Assembly (NCBI GenBank): GCA_018825385.1
Contig: JAHJEX010000056.1
Span: 1 to 42,611 of the forward strand
Source of the DNA: Patescibacteria group bacterium
GTDB taxonomy: Bacteria; Patescibacteriota; Patescibacteriia; UM-FILTER-42-10
Direction of reading: 5' to 3'
DNA length: 42,611 bases
A program made the translations under genes and the position numbers. Each line of letters starts with the position of its first letter. The stretch's first letter is position 1. Positions 19,120 through 28,855 of this stretch are shown one piece after another. Below the pieces are notes generated by a model. The model saw only the letters and a program-made list of their open reading frames with translations. It was not told the origin of the DNA and searched no databases.

Positions 19120-19329
19120 GGATTTCTCGACTTCGCTCGAAATGACATATTAACGTCCCTGTGTCATTCCGGAATTCGCCAGAAGTTGAGGACAGGTTTT
19201 GCAGGAATGACAGGTAGAATAGGAATGACAACTGAATATGGCAAATACTATGCACATGTCATTCCGGAATTCGCTCGCCTCGCTTATATTATGGCGAAGC
19301 GGGCCGGAAGGCGAATATCCGGAATCCAG
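19120..19329. repeat. REP-like (TGTCATT...GGAATC) palindromic repeat cluster
   Basis: GATTTCTCGACTTCGCTCGAAATGACA; TGTCATTCCGGAATTCGC at 19162 and 19257; GGAATGACA at 19204 and 19222. Confidence 0.8.
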
Positions 19330-19491
19330 AAAGATTACTAAAGGGATAGTGAAAGATACGCAAGTATTTTATTTACTGTATAAGGGTTTTCTGGAGACCA
19401 TGACCCCTAAACTATAATTGGTAAAGTAAAACTAACCCTATTTAATACTCCAATATTACCTTGAAAAGGGGACTGTTTTATGTTTTAACAG

Positions 19492-19648
19492 TTATCCACT
19501 TGTTGACCTGAGGCAAAAAGTGGTGTAGAATGGAAACATATGGTGAAAAGTGGATGAAAGTGGGGATAAGTAAGGAAATCTGTGGATAACTACGCACAAA
19601 CCACTTGAAATCCGCTCCGTTCAAATAAAAATTGGCTTTTGTGAACAA
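19492..19648 (+). promoter_or_regulatory. mraZ promoter with five MraZ-binding repeats and DnaA boxes
   Basis: TTGACC-17-TAGAAT at 19503-19531; RTGG at 19520, 19530, 19540, 19550 and 19560 (10-bp period); TGTGGATAA at 19581 and near-matches at 19492, 19561, 19640. Confidence 0.85.
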
Positions 19649-19689
19649 ATAAGCAAATAACAGAGGTTTTTAATACACTTCAAAATCAT

Positions 19690-20121
19690 ATGTTTATCGG
19701 CGAATACCAACATGCAGTAGACGACAAAGGAAGATTGGCGATTCCTATCAAGTTTCGCAATGATCTTGCCAAAGGGGCTGTCGTAACCAGAGGTCTGGAT
19801 AACTGTTTGTTTTTGTATTCAAAGGAAGAATGGGAAAAGATGGCGGAAAAATTGGCAAAACTTCCTGTCAGCAAATCAAACTCCCGTGCTTTTTCTAGGC
19901 TGATGTTTGCCGGAGCGATGGATGTAGAGGTTGATAAACAGGGGAGAGTGGTAATTCCGGATTATTTGAGAAAGTTTGCCACTATCAGCAAGAAGGTAGT
20001 TGTAGCAGGATTATACAACCGAATTGAAATCTGGAATGAGGAAAACTGGGAGAAATACAAGCAGGGAACTGAAAAAAGCGCAGTAGACATAGCAGAAAAA
20101 CTTGAGGAATTGGATGTTTAA
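19690..20121 (+). CDS. mraZ: division/cell wall cluster transcriptional repressor MraZ
   Basis: MFIGEY, DDKGRL, RGLDNCL, DKQGRV and RIEIW motifs. Confidence 0.97.
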   Translation: MFIGEYQHAVDDKGRLAIPIKFRNDLAKGAVVTRGLDNCLFLYSKEEWEKMAEKLAKLPVSKSNSRAFSRLMFAGAMDVEVDKQGRVVIPDYLRKFATISKKVVVAGLYNRIEIWNEENWEKYKQGTEKSAVDIAEKLEELDV

Positions 20122-20124
20122 GCA

Positions 20125-21096
20125 ATGATTCTTCAGAAAGTGAAGAAGGAGGATAGTAATCCTCTTCACACATCTGTCCTCCTGGAAGAAGTTATTTTGT
20201 ACCTTGATCCAAAACCAAATCAGAATTTCATAGATGGAACTATAGGCGCTGGTGGTCATGCCGAAAAGATTTTAGAAAGAACTGGCCCTGACGGAAAACT
20301 TATCGGGTTCGATATGAATCCAGAATCGATCAAACAGTCAAAGAAGCGTTTAAAAAAATACAAAAATAGAGTTTTACTTTATCAATCTAATTATTCAAAA
20401 ATAGAGCGAGTCACGTATGAACAGTCCAGGATACATAAAATTAGCGGCATTTTACTTGACCTTGGTATTTCTTCATTTCAGCTCAAGTCAAAGGGCGGAG
20501 GATTTTCTTTCAAAATTGATGGGCCTTTAGATATGCGGTTTGGTGGCCCCGATCAGGAGCTTACCGCAGAAGAAATAATTAATAAGTGGCCGGAAAAAGA
20601 ATTAGTAAATATTTTACAAAACTACGGCGAGGAAAGACATAGCAGGTTAATTGCAAGAGAGATAGTAAGGTCTAGAAAAACCAAACATATTGCAAAAACA
20701 AATGAGCTCGTTGAGATAATTGAAAAGGTTTACAGCAATAAACCAAAACCGAGAAGAATTCACCCGGCAACCAAAACTTTTCAAGCACTGAGGATCGCTG
20801 TAAATGACGAACTAAACAGCTTGCGCCGGATGCTTCCGCAAGCACTGAACATTTTATCGCCAAAGGGCAGAATAGCAATAATCTCCTTTCATTCTTTGGA
20901 AGACAGAATTGTAAAGCAATTCTTTCGTCAGGAATCTAAAGGTTGTCTATGTCCGCCGGAATTTCCTGTTTGTCGCTGTGCTCATAAGAAGCAGCTTACT
21001 ATATTAACCAAGAAGGTAATTACACCTTCATTGGAAGAAACAAAACAAAACTACCGCGCGCGGAGCGCAAAGCTCCGCGTCGCGGAAAAAATATAA
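20125..21096 (+). CDS. rsmH: 16S rRNA m4C1402 methyltransferase RsmH
   Basis: DGTIGAGGHA, DLGISSFQL, PLDMR, HPATKTFQALRIAVN, SFHSLEDRIVK and ARSAKLR motifs. Confidence 0.97.
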   Translation: MILQKVKKEDSNPLHTSVLLEEVILYLDPKPNQNFIDGTIGAGGHAEKILERTGPDGKLIGFDMNPESIKQSKKRLKKYKNRVLLYQSNYSKIERVTYEQSRIHKISGILLDLGISSFQLKSKGGGFSFKIDGPLDMRFGGPDQELTAEEIINKWPEKELVNILQNYGEERHSRLIAREIVRSRKTKHIAKTNELVEIIEKVYSNKPKPRRIHPATKTFQALRIAVNDELNSLRRMLPQALNILSPKGRIAIISFHSLEDRIVKQFFRQESKGCLCPPEFPVCRCAHKKQLTILTKKVITPSLEETKQNYRARSAKLRVAEKI

Positions 21097-21103
21097 CAAA
21101 CCA

Positions 21104-21466
21104 ATGACAAAATTTACCCGATTCACAACTAAATGCAAGAGGGAACGACTTCAAAAAGAAAGCAAGTTGAAGAAAGTTCGACTAGGAAATATTAGCATTC
21201 GCATGGTCGTGGTTGCTCTGACTGTTTTGGTTGGTTTTGTTTATTTGGTTCAAGTAAACAGTGTTTCAACTGGAGGATTTGTAATTAAAGACCTTTCCCA
21301 GCGGGCAGAAGAGCTGCAAAGAGAAAACAAAAAGCTAGACCTGCAAGTCTCAGAGCTTCAGTCACTGAGAACAATTAAAGAGGCGTCAGAAGATCTTGAA
21401 CTGGTCGGTGTTAGCAGAGTGGATTATGTAATCATTCCTCCGTCTGAAGTAGCATTAGGAGAATAG
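21104..21466 (+). CDS. ftsL: cell division protein FtsL-like
   Basis: Position between rsmH and ftsI; basic N-terminus, one TM, coiled coil. Confidence 0.7.
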   Translation: MTKFTRFTTKCKRERLQKESKLKKVRLGNISIRMVVVALTVLVGFVYLVQVNSVSTGGFVIKDLSQRAEELQRENKKLDLQVSELQSLRTIKEASEDLELVGVSRVDYVIIPPSEVALGE

Positions 21467-21557
21467 AACACATATATTGTGTAAGTTTTTTATTGCTATT
21501 GTTATGGGTCCCGCTTAAATCAGAGGGACTTTCTTTGTTAAAAGATTTAATACTAAA

Positions 21558-23339
21558 ATGAACGTCAGAAGATATTCGAAAGCAACAAAACGGCAAAATT
21601 ACGGTAGAGCTTCTTCTGATCGAAAGAAGAAAAAGTTCAGCCGTATCCATTTTCTAGTTGCAGTTTTCACTGTATTTGTTGTAGCAATTGTTGTTAGACT
21701 TTTTTCCCTGCAAGTTCTGCAACACGGTTTTTATGAAGCGCTGGCTGAGGGGCAGCATGCTATTTCTCAGTTATTACTTCCTGATCGTGGTGAGATATTA
21801 GCCTATGATAACTATTCTAAAGAACCGCATTCAGTGGCAACCAATTTGGATGTAAATTTGGTATTTGCTATTCCGAAGCAGATAGAAAATCCAGAAGAAG
21901 TTTCGGAAAAACTATTGCCTTATGTTGATTTAGAGGAGGAAGAATTATTGAGAAGACTTTCCAAAGAAGATGATATTTACGAACCGATCGAACACAATGT
22001 ATCTGATGAAAAATGGGAAGAGCTCCAACAATTAAATCTTCCTGGAATAGATGCCACAACTGAACGCACGCGCTACTACCCAGAAAAAGAAACATTTAGC
22101 CACTTAACTGGTTTTATTGGGTTCAGTGATGATCAACGAATTGGTCAATATGGAATCGAGGGCTACTTTGATGAGGAATTGGCAGGAGAACAGGGATTCC
22201 TAAAAACAGAGCAAGATGCCGGTGGTAGATGGATAACTGTTGGCAATACTTTGTTGGAAGAGGCTAAAGATGGAAATAGCATCATACTAACAATTGATCA
22301 TGCTGTTCAGTTTTACGTGTGCGACAGGCTTGCCGAAGCTGTACAAAGACATGGCGCCAGTGAAGGAAGCGCAATAGTCATGAATCCTTCTACGGGAGCG
22401 ATACTTGCTATGTGCAATGCGCCGGAATATGACGCTAATAATTATTCAGAAGTTGAAAATATAGAAGTGTTTATAAACTCAGCCGTTTCTGATCAATATG
22501 AGCCGGGTTCTGTTTTTAAAACTATTGCAATGGCAGCAGCGCTTGATATGGGTGCGGTAACTCCTACTTCAACCTATGAAGATACTGGAGAGGTGAAGAT
22601 TGGAAAATATACTATTCGCAATTCTGATCTAAAAGCATACGGAATTCAAACCATGACTAATGTTCTGGAAAACTCTTTAAATACCGGTGCTATCCATGCT
22701 GTACAGGAAATTGGTAATAAAGCTTTTTATCAGTATGTTTCAAAGTTCGGGTTTGGTGAGAAAACGGGAATTGAACTTGAAGGTGAAAATCCTGGAGATG
22801 TAGCTTCTCTGGCAACTTTGGGGGATATTTATGCTGCGACTGCTTCTTATGGTCAGGGGATTACGGTTACACCGATTCAGTTGATAAATGCATATGCTGT
22901 TGCTGTAAACGGTGGGAATCTTATGAGACCCTATATTGTTGGCAAAGTAATCAAAGAAAATGGATTTGAAGTAGAAACAGAACCGGAAATAATTCGTCAG
23001 GTTATTTCTGCTGAAACTTCCAGAACGATAAAAGCGATGTTAGTAAGTGTAGTAAATAAAGGGCATGCTTCCAACGCACAGGTGCCCGGGTATTTCGTAG
23101 GTGGCAAAACAGGAACAGCGCAAATAGCAAAAAGCACCGGAGTGGGATATGAATCAACTCGGCATAATGATACTTTTGTCGGGTTTGCCCCTGTAGATGA
23201 GCCAGAATTTGTGGTGCTAACAAAAATTAATGAACCAAAAGATGTCCCTTGGGCTGCATCATCAGCCGCTCCTCTATTTGGTGATATTATGAAGTTTTTA
23301 GTTGACTATTATCAAATACCTCCTGATGAGGTAGAGTGA
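21558..23339 (+). CDS. ftsI: class B penicillin-binding protein (FtsI/PBP2 family)
   Basis: RGEI, RYYP, GQYGIE, EPGSVFK (SxxK), SLN (SxN) and KTGTAQ motifs. Confidence 0.93.
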   Translation: MNVRRYSKATKRQNYGRASSDRKKKKFSRIHFLVAVFTVFVVAIVVRLFSLQVLQHGFYEALAEGQHAISQLLLPDRGEILAYDNYSKEPHSVATNLDVNLVFAIPKQIENPEEVSEKLLPYVDLEEEELLRRLSKEDDIYEPIEHNVSDEKWEELQQLNLPGIDATTERTRYYPEKETFSHLTGFIGFSDDQRIGQYGIEGYFDEELAGEQGFLKTEQDAGGRWITVGNTLLEEAKDGNSIILTIDHAVQFYVCDRLAEAVQRHGASEGSAIVMNPSTGAILAMCNAPEYDANNYSEVENIEVFINSAVSDQYEPGSVFKTIAMAAALDMGAVTPTSTYEDTGEVKIGKYTIRNSDLKAYGIQTMTNVLENSLNTGAIHAVQEIGNKAFYQYVSKFGFGEKTGIELEGENPGDVASLATLGDIYAATASYGQGITVTPIQLINAYAVAVNGGNLMRPYIVGKVIKENGFEVETEPEIIRQVISAETSRTIKAMLVSVVNKGHASNAQVPGYFVGGKTGTAQIAKSTGVGYESTRHNDTFVGFAPVDEPEFVVLTKINEPKDVPWAASSAAPLFGDIMKFLVDYYQIPPDEVE

Positions 23340-23426
23340 ATAATAGGGACGGGACATGATCTCCAGAAAACCCTTTGTGAATTATTTAGCATATTTTCTT
23401 GTCTTGCACTATTCTAGTAGTAACTT

Positions 23427-23551
23427 CTAGATTCCGAATATCCGCCTACCGGCACATTCCGGAATGACAGGAAGTATAGTGCTTGTCAGCTTCGGGCCTG
23501 TCTGCCCCGCTACCTAGCAGCGGCTAGGCGATTGGGGACCCGGGAATCCAG
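23427..23551. repeat. REP-like palindromic repeats of the 19120-19329 family
   Basis: Reverse complement of 23427-23469 is TGTCATTCCGGAAT..GCCGGTAGGCGGATATTCGGAATCTAG; second unit GTCAG...GGGAATCCAG. Confidence 0.75.
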
Positions 23552-23697
23552 TAAATCAAAATGTACAAAAAAAGAGAGGAAAAGAATTGATGCAAGTAAT
23601 AAGGAATTATGATATATGGGAGTAGGTGGTGAGCTTGCTCGCCTAAGCGGATAGTCACCTCAAGTATAAATAGACCATTTATTGTAGACTAATAATA

Positions 23698-24348
23698 ATG
23701 CGAACACCAGCGAATCCAAGGAGTTTCAAAGATCCAACAGCAGTTCTTTTTCGGACAAATTATATAGATGAAAATAATGTTAGGGAGTTAAATCAGTATG
23801 TTCGTACATTACAAGAATCCCGTGGTGAGGATTTCTACATACCGTGGTTTGATCCTTTTGATGGAGGAGTAAACGCCAAAATACTCTTAGTTGGGGAAGC
23901 GCCGGGTGGAAAAGCGAGTGGAACAACATCTGCAAGTGGATTTGTTTCAACTGACAATAATGATCCAACTGCCGAAAACATGTTTGTTCTTAGAGAACGT
24001 GTTGGGCTGGAAAGGTCACAGCTAGTTCATTGGAATATTGTACCTTGGTATGTTGGAAGTGGAATGCGAATATCAAGACCAAACACAGAAATGCTAAAGA
24101 ATGGTGCGAAAGAACTTGAACATGTTCTTAAATCACTTACCAAACTTCAAGTAATTATACTTCTTGGAAAAACAGCACAAACTGCTTTTTATAAAAATAT
24201 CCTGAATATTCGTAAAGGTATTAAGATATTTGATGCGCCACACCCTAGTCAGCAAGGTATATCCAAACACCTTCATCCCGGAAATAAAAGACTACTCATC
24301 CTTGCATTAAAGAAAGCAAAAATAGTAATCAGTAATAAGAAGCATTAG
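23698..24348 (+). CDS. uracil-DNA glycosylase superfamily protein
   Basis: ILLVGEAPG, WNIVPW, IILLGKTA and APHPS motifs. Confidence 0.88.
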   Translation: MRTPANPRSFKDPTAVLFRTNYIDENNVRELNQYVRTLQESRGEDFYIPWFDPFDGGVNAKILLVGEAPGGKASGTTSASGFVSTDNNDPTAENMFVLRERVGLERSQLVHWNIVPWYVGSGMRISRPNTEMLKNGAKELEHVLKSLTKLQVIILLGKTAQTAFYKNILNIRKGIKIFDAPHPSQQGISKHLHPGNKRLLILALKKAKIVISNKKH

Positions 24349-24372
24349 ATTAGCAATTACGATTCAATAACT

Positions 24373-25680
24373 ATGTTAAAGAAAATTCTAGAAAAAAAAT
24401 TAAGATACTTGGCCAAGCGGATTTTAAATAAATATAAGCCGGAAGTAATTGGAATTACTGGAAGTGTGGGAAAAACTTCTACAAAGGAAGTAGTATCTGC
24501 AGTATTAGAAAAGAAGTTCAGAGTTCGAAAAAACATAAAAAATTACAACAATGAAATTGGTGTGCCACTTACCATTATCGGATCTGAATCTGGTAACAAG
24601 AACATATTTATTTGGATTGTCATATTCTTGAAGGCTTTTTGGTTAATTTTGTTTAGAAGCAAAAAGTATCCAGAAAAGTTGGTTATAGAAATGGGAGCTG
24701 ATCATCCGGGAGATATTAAATATTTGGTAGAGATGGCTCCATGTAAAATTGGGATAATCACAGCTATTGGCTCTTTAGGGCCAGTACATTTGGAATTTTT
24801 TAAAAATGTTGATGAGCTAATAGATGAAAAATCTAATATCATTAAACATCTTTCTCGAGAAGGAATTGCTGTATTGAATCGGGACGATATACATGTGTAT
24901 CCATTAAAAACAAAAACAAATGCTAAAATAATCTCTTTTGGGTTTGTGGAACAAGCGGATATTCGTGCCAGTGATGTTTCTATCGCTGATCACGTGGAAA
25001 TAGGTGAGAGAGAACCTATCACTGGTGTCAGCTTTAAACTACATTATAAAGAAAGCGTGGTGCCTATTGTGTTATCGCAGGTTTTAGGAAGACATCAAAT
25101 ATATTCTGCATTGTGTGCAGCTGCAGTGGGAACTATTTATGATATTAATATAGCAGATATAGCAGAAGTTTTGAGAGGATACACTCCGCCACCCGGTAGA
25201 ATGCATTTGATTCCAGGAATTAAGGGAACGGCGATAATTGATGATTCGTATAACTCCTCACCGGTCGCGACTATTGCGGCAATAAAAACTTTGGAAACTC
25301 TTCATGTGGAAGAAGGAAAAAGAAAATATGCAGTATTGGGAGACATGGCGGAACTGGGGACATATACAGAAGAGGGTCACGAAAAGGTGGGTCAATATGT
25401 GGCACGGGTTGCAGACATTTTGGTGACGATTGGTGAGAAAGGAAAAATGATTGCAAAAGCAGCTAAAAAAAATAATATGCCTGAGGATAGAGTGTTTGAA
25501 TTTTCTAATTCAAACGAGGCCGGAAGATTTTTGCAGGAGAGAATTAAAGAGGGCGATTTGATTTTAGTTAAAGGATCTCAGTCTGTTCGTACAGAGAAGG
25601 TGGTAAAAGAAATAATGGCAGAGCCTATGAGGGCAAAGGAGCTTTTAGTAAGACAGAGCAAAACATGGCAAAATAAATAG
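24373..25680 (+). CDS. murF: UDP-N-acetylmuramoyl-tripeptide--D-alanyl-D-alanine ligase MurF
   Basis: GITGSVGKTSTK, NNEIGVPLT, EMGAD, IDDSYNSSP, LGDMAELG and LVKGS motifs. Confidence 0.95.
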   Translation: MLKKILEKKLRYLAKRILNKYKPEVIGITGSVGKTSTKEVVSAVLEKKFRVRKNIKNYNNEIGVPLTIIGSESGNKNIFIWIVIFLKAFWLILFRSKKYPEKLVIEMGADHPGDIKYLVEMAPCKIGIITAIGSLGPVHLEFFKNVDELIDEKSNIIKHLSREGIAVLNRDDIHVYPLKTKTNAKIISFGFVEQADIRASDVSIADHVEIGEREPITGVSFKLHYKESVVPIVLSQVLGRHQIYSALCAAAVGTIYDINIADIAEVLRGYTPPPGRMHLIPGIKGTAIIDDSYNSSPVATIAAIKTLETLHVEEGKRKYAVLGDMAELGTYTEEGHEKVGQYVARVADILVTIGEKGKMIAKAAKKNNMPEDRVFEFSNSNEAGRFLQERIKEGDLILVKGSQSVRTEKVVKEIMAEPMRAKELLVRQSKTWQNK

Positions 25681-25696
25681 CCCCGACTTTTTGGTT

Positions 25697-25731
25697 ATCC
25701 ACCCTCCAAAAACAAGAGTGGTGGATTTTTT
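25697..25731 (+). terminator. intrinsic terminator after murF
   Basis: ATCCACC...GGTGGAT followed by a T run. Confidence 0.75.
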
Positions 25732-25779
25732 ATTCTAAAATTTGCTATAATGAAGGCATAATACTTAATAGCAAAACAT

Positions 25780-28068
25780 ATGAATAAACGTTCCAATACT
25801 ATATGGCTTATTATACTGATAGTAGTGTTCGGTCTTGGTGCTTATTATATAGTAAATGAAAATGCTACGGATAATACGAATACTACGGTAGCAACCAATA
25901 CAAACGCATCAAACACTAATCAAGACACTAAATTCGTTGATTCGCTGAAAACGCCCGAAGCTCTGGCATCGTCTTTTGCCGAGTATGAACCGGTGATAGT
26001 GGATGTCGACCCGCAGGTTCCTGCAATTGACGTGGCGGAAGATTTTTCCAATGTGAATAATTTTGATCAAGTATCATACTTGCTCAGTGGTACAAATCAG
26101 AAGGCACAGTTGCTGGATGAAGGGTTTATTGTAGAACCTGGATGGGGTGATGAGTTCTTTTCTGTCTATGAGCAGAACAGATATAACTACAGACCAAGTT
26201 TTGTTACTGTTGATTCTCTTTTGCATAACTACCATCTGCTGTTTGATCATTTACTGAGACAAACAGAAGAAAGTTATTTGATTGAAAATTTAAAATCATT
26301 AAACGCTACAATGTTGAATGTCTCGCAGGAACAGTATGAGATTCTCAAAAATACTGATTGGCAAAATTCTGCTAAAAGAAATGTAGGACTATTTGCCGTT
26401 TCCAGTAGACTGCTTGATCCTACTGTAGAAATACCTTCAATCGTTAAAACAGAAGTGGAAGGGGAATTAAAATTAATAGAAGAGAAGGCGGGAATTGAAA
26501 ATGCTATTGTAGTAAACCTAGGCAGAGAGGAAGAACTTGGTCTGACAAATCCGACGGATGTGGAGATGCCTAGCCTCCTTTTAGAGGACTATTCACAATA
26601 CATACCAAGAGGTCATTATGATAGGACGGAGGAATTGGAAAAATATTTTAAATCAATGATGTGGCTGGGACGCATGACATACCGATTCAGCAATGCAGAC
26701 GAGGCAGCTTCCGCAATTCTCATTACTCAAGCGCTTTCAGATTCGGATATTTCATCTTTATGGCAGTCAATCTATGAGCCAACCAACTTCTTTGTTGGTC
26801 AGAGCGATGATATAACTTATCAGGAATTAGAGCCGCTCATCGATGATGAATACGGTGCTGTATCAGCAGTATCTGAATTGGCAGGCAATAGTTCAGCCTT
26901 TTCAGATCTATTTGTTGCTATCCAAGAAATATCCCCACCAAAGATCAATTCAATCCCAGTATTCCAGGCTAGTATTGAGCCCGATCGCGATACACAAATA
27001 ATAGGGTTTAGATTCATGGGCCAGCGATTTACTCTTGACGCTTCAATTATCCAGAGGCTGATTTGTAGGGATGTGGGGAATAAAAGAGGAACCATAGACT
27101 GCGGAGGACTAATTCCTGATTCTAGGATGCTTCCTAATGGTTTGGATATCCCTGCTGCATTTGGGTCAGACGAAGCTTATACTATATTAGACGATTTGGG
27201 TGAAACAGAATATTATCGATACCCAGAAAACATGGATTTATTGAAAAAGTATATTGTAGGTTTAGACCAAACTATCTGGACACAGAATTTATATTGGGGT
27301 TGGTTATATGCAATTAAACCACTAACGGAACCGGTTGATGAAGGTTACCCAGAATTCATGCAAAACCAATCATGGGTCAGAAAAGATCTGCAATCATTTC
27401 TGGGAAGTTGGGCAGAATTAAAGCATGATACAATCCTGTATGCAAAACAAGCTTATGCTGAATTAGGAGGAGGCCCGATACCGGAATATGATGATAGGGG
27501 ATATGTAGAACCGAGACCGGAAGTTTTCGGTCGTCTTGCCTCATTAACAAAAATGACGCGAGAAGGACTTGAACTGCGCGGTCTAATCAGCGAAAGTATG
27601 TCAGAAAATCTTACCCTTATGGAGACGCTTGCTACTTCGCTTAAAACAATTTCCGAAAAAGAATTGAACAATGAATCCAGAACAGAAGATGAATATGAGT
27701 TGATCCGGTCTTATGGCGGGCAACTGGAACATTTTTGGCTGGAAGTGAACAAAGCTGATATGGAAGTCGCAGGAAAGACTGCGGATCAGTTTCTCACAGA
27801 CAATCCGGCGGCAGTGATTGCTGACGTTGCAACAGACCCGAATGGGGATGTGCTGGAAGTAGGAGTCGGAAAAGTTGATAATATCTACGTTCTGGTTGAA
27901 GTTGAGGGGGTGATAAAAATTGCAAAAGGCGGTGTGTTCTCTTATTACGAATTTCCTTGGCCGCTTAATGATCGGTTGACGGATGATAAATGGAGAGAAT
28001 TATTGGTTTCTGATGAAGTACCTGAGCGCCCAGACTGGCAGGAAATGTTTCTCAGTCAGACGGAATAA
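25780..28068 (+). CDS. DUF3160-domain membrane-anchored protein
   Basis: FVTVDSLLHNYH, EDYSQYIPRGHY, YFKSMMWLGR, FRFMGQRF, SWAELKHDTILYAKQ, GYVEP, GGVFSYYEF and RLTDDKW motifs. Confidence 0.88.
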   Translation: MNKRSNTIWLIILIVVFGLGAYYIVNENATDNTNTTVATNTNASNTNQDTKFVDSLKTPEALASSFAEYEPVIVDVDPQVPAIDVAEDFSNVNNFDQVSYLLSGTNQKAQLLDEGFIVEPGWGDEFFSVYEQNRYNYRPSFVTVDSLLHNYHLLFDHLLRQTEESYLIENLKSLNATMLNVSQEQYEILKNTDWQNSAKRNVGLFAVSSRLLDPTVEIPSIVKTEVEGELKLIEEKAGIENAIVVNLGREEELGLTNPTDVEMPSLLLEDYSQYIPRGHYDRTEELEKYFKSMMWLGRMTYRFSNADEAASAILITQALSDSDISSLWQSIYEPTNFFVGQSDDITYQELEPLIDDEYGAVSAVSELAGNSSAFSDLFVAIQEISPPKINSIPVFQASIEPDRDTQIIGFRFMGQRFTLDASIIQRLICRDVGNKRGTIDCGGLIPDSRMLPNGLDIPAAFGSDEAYTILDDLGETEYYRYPENMDLLKKYIVGLDQTIWTQNLYWGWLYAIKPLTEPVDEGYPEFMQNQSWVRKDLQSFLGSWAELKHDTILYAKQAYAELGGGPIPEYDDRGYVEPRPEVFGRLASLTKMTREGLELRGLISESMSENLTLMETLATSLKTISEKELNNESRTEDEYELIRSYGGQLEHFWLEVNKADMEVAGKTADQFLTDNPAAVIADVATDPNGDVLEVGVGKVDNIYVLVEVEGVIKIAKGGVFSYYEFPWPLNDRLTDDKWRELLVSDEVPERPDWQEMFLSQTE

Positions 28069-28070
28069 TA

Positions 28071-28769
28071 ATGTCAAAAAAGCGAATTATCGTACTTAGC
28101 GCCATACTTGTTGTCGTGGCGGGGGTTGTGACATACAGATTTTGGAGCGGATCAAACGTAAAAAATAAGGCTATACCTTTTGATATTTTTTTGGAGCATG
28201 CTGTATCCGATGATCAATATATAGAAGAAGACGTTTCGGGCGACCACTTGCCGGAAACTTATATTCTTAGCAGTGGCAGATTGACTGTTACCCAAGCAGG
28301 GGAGGAATTGTGGCAAACACCATCTGAATGGTGGGTTGATCATTTTGAAATTGCTGATACAACAAGCGATGGTCAAATGGAAATAGCGCTTTCAGTCTGG
28401 AAATCAGGATCATACGGAACATCCAAACCGTTTTGGGTATCAGAGGAGGATAAAAGTGTAAAAAATCATTTCTTTGTTTTTGGGTTTAAAGATCAGAAAA
28501 TTCAACCTATTTGGCAGTCTTCAAACTTGTCTCGGCCGAACTGCGAATTTAACTTTAAAGATGTAAATGGTGATGGTATGGATGAGTTAGTAGTTATTGA
28601 AGGAGAGTATTCAAGTGATTTTATTTGTTCGGGCAAATATTTGGCGGTTTGGAGTTGGCAGGAATGGGGATTTTATAATGACTGGAGAAGCAAAGCGGGA
28701 GAATATGAGGGCGAGTTATCACAGGAGTATTTGGATCAGATAATTGAAGTGTCTAAATTTTGGGAATAG
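28071..28769 (+). CDS. membrane-anchored protein with FG-GAP/EF-like Dx[N/T]xDG motifs
   Basis: N-terminal TM; ADTTSDGQME and KDVNGDGMDEL; WQSSNL; coupled to the DUF3160 gene. Confidence 0.8.
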   Translation: MSKKRIIVLSAILVVVAGVVTYRFWSGSNVKNKAIPFDIFLEHAVSDDQYIEEDVSGDHLPETYILSSGRLTVTQAGEELWQTPSEWWVDHFEIADTTSDGQMEIALSVWKSGSYGTSKPFWVSEEDKSVKNHFFVFGFKDQKIQPIWQSSNLSRPNCEFNFKDVNGDGMDELVVIEGEYSSDFICSGKYLAVWSWQEWGFYNDWRSKAGEYEGELSQEYLDQIIEVSKFWE

Positions 28770-28828
28770 TATAATTGACAAAACGGCTCTGTTTGATAAA
28801 ATATAAGTACAACACAAAAAGATTATTT

Positions 28829-28854
28829 GAGGCGTCCTAGGCGATGCCTTTTTT
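28829..28854 (+). promoter_or_regulatory. GGCGTC leader hairpin plus U-tract (family copy 1)
   Basis: GAGGCGTC-ctaggc-GATGCCTT-TTTT, just downstream of TTGACA...TGATAAAAT (28775-28802). Confidence 0.6.
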
Positions 28855-28855
28855 A

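Noticed and set aside
19001-19255. 84-aa minus-strand ORF
   Set aside because: Largely translation of REP-like repeats (CHFERSREI); no translation signals
19492-19648. Replication origin (oriC)
   Set aside because: Only one perfect DnaA box, no dnaA/dnaN nearby and no clear unwinding element; better explained as the mraZ promoter
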